NCBI GenBank assembly: GCA_010093705.1
Contig: MU006095.1
Span: 310,001 to 374,000 of the forward strand
Length of the DNA: 64,000 bases
Reading direction: 5' to 3'
From: Patellaria atrata CBS 101060
Lineage: Eukaryota
The position numbers were made by a program, and so were the translations under genes. Numbering within the stretch: position 1 is the stretch's first letter; every line of letters begins with the position of its first letter. The notes under the pieces are model-generated. The model had not been told where the DNA came from and made no database searches. It worked only from the letters and a program-made list of their open reading frames with translations. This document shows positions 23,014-33,579 of this stretch, piece after piece.

Positions 23014-23901
23014 ATGGCGCCGTCAGCTATCAACCAGAGTGATCAAGCGATGGCGATCCGCCCTAAGAAAGTGGAAGAGCAAGCTCTTGAGAAGACGCCA
23101 TTGCAAGTCATGGGAACTGGGGTTTCACTCCCAGGAATCCCAATCTTCAACAATGTCGAGAAGCATCGCCAGTGGATGCTTGAACATATGGCGGGAGCAT
23201 TTCGAGTCTTCGCTCGCAAAGGCTTCACGGAAGGCATCAGTGGCCATATATCTGTCAGAGATCCAGAAAATCTTCATGCATTCTGGACAAATCCGCTAGG
23301 AAAGCACTTCGGTTTGCTTAAGGCATCCGACATGATACTTGTGGATTACGAGGGTAACGCAATTGGTGGAAACACTAGTAGACCAGCGAATGCTGCTGGT
23401 TTCCTGATCCATAGTGCACTTCATAAAGCATATCCGCACGTTAATGCTGCATGCCATACACACTCGAAAGCTGGTAAAGCATGGAGCGCCTTCAGCAGGC
23501 CACTTGAGATGCTGAATCAAGATGTAACATACTTCCATGGGGATGCCCAAGCTGTATATACAGACTTTGGGGGAGTTGTGTTTACAGAAGAGGAGGGAAA
23601 ACGTCTTGCTGCTGCTCTAGGACCAAAAGGAAAGGGGATGATACTCCGCAACCATGGTCTCTTAACAGTTGGGCATACTGTTGATGAGGCAGCATTCCTG
23701 CATACACTCATGGAACGAAGCTGCGAAGTTCAGTTAATGGTCGAAGCAGCAGCGGCCAACGGTATTCCAAAGGTATATGTTGACGATGAGGCCGCTGAAT
23801 ACACATTCAGAATGTCCAGTGATCCCCAAACACTGTACGAGGAGTTCCAGCCAGACTTGAATTTTGAGGATGAGATGACGGGTGGAGCGTTCAGAAAGTG
23901 A
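23014..23901 (+). CDS. Class II aldolase/adducin N-terminal domain protein (intronless)
   Basis: EGISGHISVRDP, IHSALHKAYPHVNAACHTHS and LRNHGLLTVG Zn-binding motifs. Confidence 0.93.
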   Translation: MAPSAINQSDQAMAIRPKKVEEQALEKTPLQVMGTGVSLPGIPIFNNVEKHRQWMLEHMAGAFRVFARKGFTEGISGHISVRDPENLHAFWTNPLGKHFGLLKASDMILVDYEGNAIGGNTSRPANAAGFLIHSALHKAYPHVNAACHTHSKAGKAWSAFSRPLEMLNQDVTYFHGDAQAVYTDFGGVVFTEEEGKRLAAALGPKGKGMILRNHGLLTVGHTVDEAAFLHTLMERSCEVQLMVEAAAANGIPKVYVDDEAAEYTFRMSSDPQTLYEEFQPDLNFEDEMTGGAFRK

Positions 23902-23961
23902 ATGAAAACGTTGAGATGAAAAATTCAGCCACCGAAATACCTGTACTGTCATAACAAATAC

Positions 23962-24637
23962 TTACGGGTATATCTCTACAGCGATATCTGTAATAGTGCC
24001 TCCATTTACTCCATTTATGTCGTAAGGGCAGGAGCTGACTGCACAAATGGTATCATCAAGGGCTTCGAATTCGATAAAATCCCCTGGCTTGCTGCTGCGT
24101 AATCGCTTCAAAGAATAATTCGGGGTGTTTTGAAAAATATTGAAAGGATCCACAACAGCTATTTCGATCGTACTCTTAACCCCGTATTTCTCCATCACCT
24201 CAAATATGTTTTGCGCACAGCTTCGATGATTCTTGTATCCCATATCTGTGTATAACTTTGGATAACAGGACATATATGTCATGTCGTGGACTCTAACAGT
24301 ATTCTTAGTAATCCTTAAGAGAGGTCTATCGGCGTTTGTGTACAGGTATTCACCAATAGCAGGTGTTACTTCTGAGAGATGGTAACGAGTGTAGGCCATG
24401 GAGACCTTTTCCGTGAGGTTGGTGTGGGCGGAATCGGGTGATGGTAAGTGAGCCCAAGCCATGAAGTCGACTATTTGTTCCCCGTGGAGGTCAACTACTC
24501 GGAATCTGGTTCCGATTTTTATTTCGAACGAGTAGATAACTTCCTGGAACAACGTTGTGGTACGGCTTTTTGGGGCCAATTGGAACTTGGCCAAATGTCA
24601 ACGGGGGATCGAACGTTGGCGCAACAGGAACTCGCAT
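23962..24637 (-). pseudogene. DUF1989 (urea-carboxylase-associated) protein with an apparent frameshift near 24535-24545
   Basis: RFRVVDLHGEQIVDFMAW, VHDMTYMSC, HRSCAQN, DPFNIFQNT, SKPGDFIEFEALDDTICAVSSCP. The ATG at 24637 (MRVPVAPT..HNVVPGS) is out of frame with the conserved body (offset 43 nt). This could be a sequencing error. Confidence 0.75.
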
Positions 24638-24949
24638 AGTGTAATATTGATACAGTTATAACTCGATTGAGAATATGTTACGTGAAATTCTGACTTTCAG
24701 GACAATGAAGGTCAATTTAAATTGAGATAGTAGTGGCGCAAAGTGATAAGCCGAGGGTGTGATTAGACGCGGAACAAGTCTTTCTAGTTTACCGTAGCCG
24801 TAGAACTACCCTGTACTGTACGGAAGACTGACGAAGTTACGTTGTGGAATAGACGTGCTGACAAAGGCATCCTCATCAGGAAACTTTTATAATTTAACGT
24901 CAATTCACCAGTATCTTTCAACCCAATGCAAAATAGCGACCGCATCTCA

Positions 24950-25600
24950 TCATATCTCAAGAGAGAAACTCTCAGGCTGCAGATATTACCTTTTAGTTCG
25001 AGCAGGTTCATATACTGAATTATTCCGCCATGGGAATAGACCGCGATCCTTTTAACGCCAGATGGAAGACTCTGCCAGTTAGCCAGATACAAACGTTACT
25101 CGTCTCCTATTTCCACTCATTGAACTCGCGGACATGAACTTGAAAGATTCTATAGTATTCGGTTACCTGAACCATGGACGATTGATCATCTCATGCGTGT
25201 CTATTTATTAGAACTGGACCATCAGCTATACACATATCATCTGCCTTCATGTGAAGTAAGCTGGTTTCTACCGCTCTGTCTCCATACTGTCTTGTGGTTG
25301 GGCTGCGCGAACATAGGTCAATCGTGGCCAGCGAGCAAGGTCACAATGAACTAGAAGCATGATGTCACCCAACGAAACCTATAAACATGACCTGGCCATT
25401 TCAGTTGAAGGACTTCGTTCGATGTTAAACACACGTCAAGAGACCTCTTGCTTGCGTTGCATTCTGCTTCTGAAACCTTTCGGTGTGACTCAATTACTGA
25501 TTGCCGTGTAGGTCTGTCTGCCGAGTGAGGAATTTTTCTTCTTTGGTGTAATTTGGTACTGTATGTCGGATCCTCAAGGTTCACGCTTACCGTCGATCTT
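24950..25600 (-). pseudogene. Heavily decayed relic, possibly the N-terminal part of a NACHT/STAND protein
   Basis: Broken-frame fragments ECNASKRSL..LQLKWP, RQMICV*L..DTHEMINR..PNT and REFNEWK*ETSNVCIWLTG resemble the pre-P-loop region of fungal NACHT proteins. The Walker A motif itself is not recognisable. Confidence 0.35.
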
Positions 25601-26567
25601 TATAAGACAATTCTCACTAGACCATAAAGTCTTCATATTGGAAATATAACACTCCCTCTCTCTTCATTTCTTATCTCAGACACCGCATATTGATGTTTCT
25701 GCAGTTTCACTAAAGAATAGATCCCTCATCATGGGTGCAGAATTCTACATCATGACCGGATGAGCCCGTTGGAGGCATCAGCAGCTCTATGTAGATAGCG
25801 ATATCTGTTTACACGGAATAGGCCTCCGAGATTGCGTAAAAGATGATCGAACAATCAGGGTAAAAGTGCCTTAAGAATTTCACTCCCCGCCGTGACCACT
25901 CAAACATACGGTCAACGTTACAGCATAATTCGGGCGCTAAAGTATACATGATGTGACGTTTTGCTCCTCACTAATAGCCTACAGAGTACATCGCCATCAT
26001 TTTTCGTTATAGCTTCTGACTACTGTTTTTGATATATTTACCCGGCGTAAGGACTTTAGCCGAACAGATTAATATCTTCCTATGGTGCACGCCTAAACTT
26101 AGTCTAGAATTCTACTAGATCTTGTAAAGGAAGAAGAGGCGTGGTTGACAGGGATCTTTCTGTACGCGGACCGAAATTTATCGAAAGGAAGATTTACAAC
26201 GCCGAGATCGATCTACCTTTTGCGTAACTTCTGGGTCTGATTTATGGTTCCGTAATATATATTCCTCCTTAATTCATTGGATAAAGGCAAGATTGGATCG
26301 TCAATCAGCTCATCTGCGTCGCTAGGCAAGAGCCTTGACCTTCTAGTCAACGTGGAATAGATTGGTACCACCCTAAAGGTTCTCTCTACTATCTTAAAAT
26401 TTTGACATTCGTGCTTGTGAATATGTAACTATTCCCTATCAGGATGTACGGCGCCACCACGTTGTGTTGGTGTTCTCTCTGAGAGCCCTATATCACCGGA
26501 GTGAAGGCCACAGTGGAGGAAGCATGTTAGTTTGTGTGTCAGTCGTTCGAATTTCAACCTCCCTTTG

Positions 26568-28031
26568 ATGGCGGTTTTTATTCGCCTCCCCACCCTTTTA
26601 GGGGTTTGGGGTGCTCTCGTTTTACTTCTTAACTTAGTACAAGCAGATGCGGTCGATGATCTCGCCGCGAAAGCCTTAACGAATGTCTATGCTATACTTG
26701 ATGGGACACAGTCTGATGGGGCCACACATACAACATGCACGAGGGACAAACTCATAATTCGAAGAGAGTGGTAAGCCGCTTGTGATATATTGGCGTCTGA
26801 TACTTATACTGAATCCATAATCTAGGGGAAATTTCACCACAGCGGAACGGACCGACTATATCAAAGCCGTCCTTTGCATTCAAAGTAAACCAACGAAGTA
26901 CTCTACGTCCGTTATGCCAGGGGCAAGAAACAGATATGATGACTTCGTCGGTGTTCATGTGAGTTCTCATCAAATTCGGACCACGACATATCTTAACAAA
27001 TTCATTAGATCAACCAGACTATGAGCATCCATAACACAGTATGCATCATTGCATTATCTTCAAGGAATTATACTCATGTCTACAGGCGAATTTTCTTTCC
27101 TGGCATAGGTATTTTACTTGGCAGTATGAGCAAGCTTTACGGAACGAATGCGGCTATACAGGGGCGCAGCCTGTAGGTGGTCAACAGTGTAAAATAGGAG
27201 CCATTTGCTAACTTACTTGCAGTACTGGGGTTGGAACAAGTACTCTAATCCAATGACTAGCCCTATCTTTGACGGAAGTGACACATCAATGGGAGGAAAT
27301 GGAGAGAAGGTGCAGCACGCAGGATCGGCCGTAGGTGGAGGTGGTGTTGTTGTTCCAGCAGGTCAGGGCGGAGGTTGTGTGCGCACCGGTCCTTTCAAAG
27401 AGTATGTTTGTCGATCTTGGCTTTCGTTCACCCACTAAAGCCAGATCTAGTATGCAAGTGAACCTTGGACCGGTTTCGCCCAGTACTTCGGTCTCAATTC
27501 CCAGGAATCCTCAACAGAATGGGTACGGGTATAATCCACGCTGTCTCCGTCGGGATGTTTCAGATTACTTCACTACACAATATCTTCGCACGCAAGATGT
27601 TGCAAATCTCATCACTTCAAGTTCTAGTATCGCGGACTTCCAAGGTAAAATGCAAACAGATACGCGACAAGCGTTCGGGGTTCACAGCGCCGGTCACTTC
27701 ACAATTTGGGGCGATCCAGGTGGTGATTTCTACACGTCTCCTGGTGACCCAGCGTTTTGGCTTCATCACGGTAAGCTGTACCCTAAACCCCCGGCATCAT
27801 TGCTTGGACTAATTCTTTTTCTTTGAAGGTATGATCGATCGCACATGGTGGATATGGCAAAATCAACAACCATCTAGCCGTGTCGTGACGATTGCAGGCG
27901 GCACTTCAATGTTCGGAGGTGCTCAGGGGAAGTTGACCGATATTGTAGATCTTGGGGTTGTTGGCCAACGTTACCAGATTCGAGACCTAGTGAGCACGAC
28001 AGCAGGACCTTTCTGCTATGTTTATGCATAA
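26568..28031 (+). CDS. Secreted tyrosinase-like type-3 dicopper protein; ~7 exons
   Basis: Signal peptide, IRREW/GEIS..DYIKAVLC, CuA region RYDDFVGVH/INQTMSIHNT/ANFLSWHRYF, PYWGW, GGGCVRTGPF, YNPRCLRRD, and CuB region GVHSAGH..SPGDPAFWLHH/GMIDRTWWIWQ, CYVY. GT-AG introns start at ~26771, 26959, 27039, 27173, 27402 and 27772. Confidence 0.93.
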
Positions 28032-29281
28032 AAGCTTAGACTTTACCCGCTTGAACATATCCATCTACAGTAATATTCTCAAAATTATTGTGGGAACTGA
28101 ACAAGCACACAAGATCAAACCTACTGTGTGTTCATCTCAAAGCATGCGTCCGAAAAACGCTTATTATCGGCTCCGCTTAATACTAGCGTAAATGCGAAGA
28201 CTGTTAACAACAGCACGCCTTTTCTTTTTTGGTTCAAACTGAGAAGTTTACCTCAAAATCTTAGTTTTAAAGGATTGCAGTACACATTCGTGTAATCTAA
28301 ACAGCGGGACGGACTGTCAGACGACTTACACATCTTGCTACTTAGAGATCGCGTCGATTCCTCGAGGTCAAACTAGGGTAAATTGACAATATAAGGCAAC
28401 ATTCCTAATACTCTATTGCTAGTATTACCCTGTCAAGTTGACTACGGAATATTAATCAGTCTTCTTTGATTGGAGTCGGCTTTCATATAGGTGCCTGGTT
28501 AAATTAAGTGTATCCTAGACCCACGAGGTCCCGCTTACCCCAGACTAATATAAAGACCTGGCTGAGCAACGATAACCTCCATCTACTTCTCTTGGCCTAC
28601 TCTCTATCCACGAAATTCTATGATATCGATGCTTAATTATTGAAACAACCTCCACCACATGGCAATCTTGTATGAGGACGTGGGAGATAAGTAGCATGCA
28701 TGGCACTACTGCAGCTCGAAGGTATCCAGATCACCCTCTTATTGAGGGAAAACAGGAACTCGGGCACCAAGAAAGCTTCGATAAGATCGGGAGAAGCTTC
28801 TTTCCATAGGGAGCCAGCCGCCGGTCCGCATGAGAATTGTATGGATATGCTCTGAAGATTAGGCCCCTATTCATTCTATACTCAACTCGATTGAAAACGC
28901 CATCTTGTTCCTAATGTCCTTGTCCCTTGATCTGGGGATGCCACAAGCTGGAAAACATGGAGAATAGTCGGCCATGTAGCAAGCATCGCATACGCCGCCT
29001 TTCATAAACCCATAAGGATACCCCGCTACAATCTAGGACCTTTACCTATATAGTTCATGAGCAGGGATCGGGCCACATGGAAGGTCGTGTAGCTCATTTA
29101 CATACAGCCAGTACGCGTGCTCTCGTTTCAAAGGAGATATTTGCCGGATGAGCGTACCGCCAAGACCATTGAGGGAGTTCAGATATCACTCAATAGAAAA
29201 GAGGAGTCTGCCTTCAAACTGTGATTTTGTTCTTTCGCAGTCTTCACCTCTCCAAAAAAAAAAAAAAAATAGACCCTCACC

Positions 29282-30573
29282 ATGTTCAGAGTCATTGGCG
29301 CTATTGCCCTTGCGGCAGCGCTTCTCTCAAGCACATCCTTCGCTCATCCGGGTCATGATCACAAGCATGAAGCTGCTCAGCGCCGGGAATATATCGAATC
29401 GTTAGAGCAGAAAGATCTTGGCCATTGTGCAGAGACTCTTATGGCAAACGGTCACTATGAGAGAGCTATCAAGAGACGGGCAGAAACAGTGGCCAGGTTG
29501 AGGCGTGAGGCGGGGATTGATCATGCCCCTATGCTACATGCTCGGGATATCAACAAGGTCCTGAATACCAACCACAGGTCGAACAACCCCTGGAATGCCC
29601 AGACTCCTGACAGCACCGTCTTCGGATCTAACAAGTCCTGCATTCTTGCTCCAGAGATTATTGAAGGGCCATATTGTAAGCTTCTTGCTCTCACTATCCC
29701 ACTCCGTATACTGATCAGTTCCAGATGTATCGGGTGAGGTAATGAGAACGAACATAGTCGAAAACGAGAAGGGTGTTCCTCTTACTCTCGATCTGCAACT
29801 GATCGACACCACCACATGCCAGCCCATCCCAACGGCACACCTCGAGATCTGGAGCTGCAATTCCACCGTAAGGTCAACATCCATGGGCTCCTTTTTCAAA
29901 TTCTTACAATGTATAGGGTGTCTACAGCGGCGTTGCCGGCCAAGGAAACGGAAATGCCAACGACTTGAACAATCTCAAGAACACCGCGCTCCGTGGATTC
30001 CAAGCCGCCAACTCAGATGGCGTCGTTACTTTTGACACCCTCGTCCCAGGTCACTATGCCGGTCGTGCCAACCATATCCACGGTAAGCCAAGCCCAACTT
30101 GACCCATCTTTACCGTACTAACATCAACCCCTCAAGTCGTTTCTCACATCGGCGCCACCATCCGCGCAAACAACACCCTCCAAGGCGGCACAATCTCCCA
30201 CATCGGACAAATCTACTTCGATCAGTCTCTCATTGACAGCATCAACACCATCGCACCATACAGCACAAACCGCATTGCCAAGACGCCCAACCGTTCCGAC
30301 AGCTGGATGGCGCAGGGTGCCGCCACCGGCGACGACGACGTTATCAACTACGTCGTTCTCGGTAACCAGGTCCAAGAAGGTCTCTTCGGGTGGATCACGC
30401 TCGGTATGGATCCGAGGGCCTCGAGGAGAATAACGCCTGCTGCGTGGTACGGTGAGGGCGGTGGGATCAAGAATCCCGCCGGTAGCCAACCGGGTCCGGT
30501 TTGGCCACCACCGTGGGGCGGTGAGGCGGAGAATAGGGAGGCTGAAGCCGAGAGCAAGGTTTTGGAGGGTTGA
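29282..30573 (+). CDS. Secreted intradiol ring-cleavage dioxygenase-like protein; 4 exons
   Basis: Signal peptide followed by HPGHDHKHE, SCILAPEIIEGPYY, GVPLTLDLQLIDTTTCQP, EIWSCNSTGVYSG, LRGFQ, TLVPGHYAGRANHIH (Tyr/His iron ligands) and SHIGQIYFDQ. Confidence 0.92.
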
Positions 30574-30847
30574 GGGAGTTGTGGTGAAATAAAGCGCTGG
30601 AAAGATGTTTACGATGTTGTGCTCCTATCACATAGAAATGAAGATATTGCATTTTGGTATTAATTAACCCGTTCTCTCCGCAAGGGAAAACAACATCCGT
30701 TTGCACATTCCTCGTGAGTCTGTGGAGATTGACATAAACTCAGAACTCATTCTTATGTAGGCCTCAGAATCAAAACCTCAGGCAGATATCGTGAACTCTC
30801 CACGTATGTCCCACTCGGTCTCGATGAACAAGTCAACGCCATTTCAA

Positions 30848-30913
30848 GCTTTTATCGCCGAGCAAAAGTGTAGGGGAGAGGCTTTTATCGCCGAGGAAAA
30901 CTGTAGGGGGAGA
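30848..30913 (+). repeat. 33-bp direct tandem duplication
   Basis: GCTTTTATCGCCGAGCAAAAGTGTAGGGGAGAG followed by GCTTTTATCGCCGAGGAAAACTGTAGGGGGAGA. Confidence 0.85.
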
Positions 30914-31644
30914 CCCTAGATCTGAAGATTAAGGTTACACTGACCACATTTCCCATATCACGGCCAAGTGCGCTCGGACCGGATTAAACGAAACTTTAAA
31001 CGTGCTTTATATTGCGGATCGCCGGGAGCAGGGATTGGAGGTGGGGGGAATGTGGGGGAGTAAACTGTTAAGAACCCTGTCTTTAGGGAAAGGAATAGTA
31101 GGAAGATTCATGGTGGAAGGGTTGAGAGAGGAAATATGTTTGAAGGAGGGAAAGGGGGAAGAGAATTGTGTGGACGAGAATTGTAAACGGCGGGGGTACG
31201 GAATGGGTGTGTTGCTATACACGTCATCCATATTGCTTCCTACATATCTCGTCAGATGTCTCATATTCTGCTAAAGAAGTTTTGGAAGATGCTTCTTCTT
31301 TTGATCTAGGGATATTGTCCTATTGTATTTTTTAGGGTGGTAAGATGAGCTTTTTAAAGACCGAAAAGCTGACGACAAATGAGAACACGCGAATAATGAA
31401 TATCAGCCGATTAAGAAGGCATCCAGCCTTACACAGTTCACCGGAAATACCTAGTAGTTATTGCTGTGAATTCGAATAAGCGGAATACTAAGGTATTTTG
31501 TAGGAGCTTGACAGCAATTGCAGTTGAGTGTAAATTGAATAGTTGTAATTGTCATCCATGTAGAACCAGTCCAGATTCTGGATCAACATTACCATCGTCA
31601 ACTTTTGATAGAAACATTAGCCTAACTCCGACTCTCCTCATCAC

Positions 31645-33579
31645 CTATAGAATTATCCGCCAAGATGCCGTTGTATGCCTAATATTCGCCCCGAACATAT
31701 ATAAAGGTATGGCCAGGATGATCACGGCCGTGTAAACACCAGCTTGGGTGCCGAAGCAGTCGATATAGCCGACATTTGTAACCCAAGGAACGACGCCGTG
31801 GAGAAAACCGAATGCAACTGACCAAAGTATCAGTATCTCTTGCTAAACGCGACCTTACTGAGACTTGTTTACCGATATTTTTCAGACCATTGACGAGTAG
31901 CAGTGCATCCGGCGCCACCGGAAAGTAGCAATCAGATACATACGTCAGGGTTGCTGTTGGTACCTTTTTTCATTATTCCCTATTAGCATCTACGTCCCTA
32001 CATACTCAATTATTCGACTTACTGCAGTCAGGCCGAACGATATCATTCCATAGCCAAAGAACATGGTGGTCCAATGCATCGTATTCTCTACTCCATAACC
32101 GAAAAGTAAGCAACCAGCAGGGACGATAAGAATAGGCAACATGAGTAAGACCAGCCGTGTTTCCGGTACAAATGTGCCATTATTACGGCGAGTCCGGTAG
32201 TCAGAGTAGACATCCACAAGCCAGCCACCAGCGTAAGCCCCAAGAAGATTGCCAATGAGACCGGGAATGTTGATGAGGCCATTGATTGACGGTCTCCATG
32301 AATAAGGTGGCGCTTGTAGGACAAAAGAGTTCAAGATATTGACCGCTACGACCCAAGCCAGGCTTACAGCATAGCCGAGAAATGCAAAAATGACCGCTGG
32401 ATACACGATCATAGGGAGAGGTCGAACAAACGTTTTCAAGATATTCGTGTCCTTTGCTACTCCAGACCATAGACTAAGTTCTTGAAGATATGATTTCTTC
32501 GGAATGGAAATGCTGGATGGCAGAATCTCTCTCGCGTCGACTGGGCTGTTCTGCTTGGTCTCTGTCTCGGCATTGTATAATGCTGGAAGTGACGTGTCAG
32601 ATGCGGTTGGTTCTAGGCTCTTGGAAACGTCTCGAGCATATTGAGTTTCTGGGACGAAGAAAAGGATGGCAAGAAAGTTAATGCCGGATAGAATTACGGC
32701 AAGACGTTTATGCCACCTCCAACCCAGATCTTTGATCGTTATCATAACTCATTCTGGAGAGGCAATATAATGACTTACCTTCCACGATGAAACCACAAAT
32801 TAAGGGTCCGACCGTATTTCCACCAGAAATCGAATTCATATAGATACCCATCTTAGCACCTCTTTCATGAAGAAAGTACACGTCCTTGAAGAATGTTAGT
32901 CAGATTTCTGACACTCAGGGCCGGTTCTTAACCGATATTCATGGACATGACCAGGGGTATAGAAGACGTACATTAACAATTGCGGCACCAAGGGTTTCCG
33001 TAGAAGACCCAGCAAACGCTGCTAATATACTTGACCAGAGAAGTGACCTAAAGTTGCTGGCTTCCGCACCCCAGATATACGCAATGCACAATATCAGGGA
33101 GGAAAATACAAATACAGGTCTTTTTCCAAGGCAGTTCGCCAATGGAACCCAAACAAAGTTCTAAGGATAATTAGAAAATTCACTCAACGACAAGAACGTA
33201 GTTGTTTTTCCTCACAAAAACACCAAGGACGAGAATTGGCCACAGCAGCAAGTCGCTTGTCTGTGTCATTGATTTTCCAAATTCCTGACTGAGAATGAAA
33301 AATGCGGGCGCCATACCGCCGATTCCAAAGTTAGTGAGAAAGGTGAAGGCACAGACTGAACCAAATGCGACATGTTTCTTCCATACAGGCCATCGGAGTG
33401 GGTCATTGGGATCATCTGTTGAAGGGTGTGGAATCAGGACGAGTTTTGAAAAATTGTCAGCTTCTGTTATCATGTCAGTTTCTGTAAGTTCTTCAATGAT
33501 GAAATAAATGCACCATACGTTGTCGGAGCTGTACAGTTCCTTCGGTGCGATCGAGCTCGTTGAGGGCCTGAAGACGCAT
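31645..33579 (-). CDS. MFS transporter (DHA1/HOL1-like subfamily), multi-exon
   Basis: LIPHPSTDDPNDPLRWPVWKK, GKRPVF, DVYFLHERG, LGWRW, FFVPETQY, PETRL, TYVSDCYFP; ends RHTTASWRIIL*. The start codon is inferred. Confidence 0.9.

Noticed and set aside
24700..31600. Dikaritin-type RiPP cluster around the tyrosinase
   Set aside because: No KR-delimited repetitive precursor peptide and no DUF3328/UstY gene were seen nearby.
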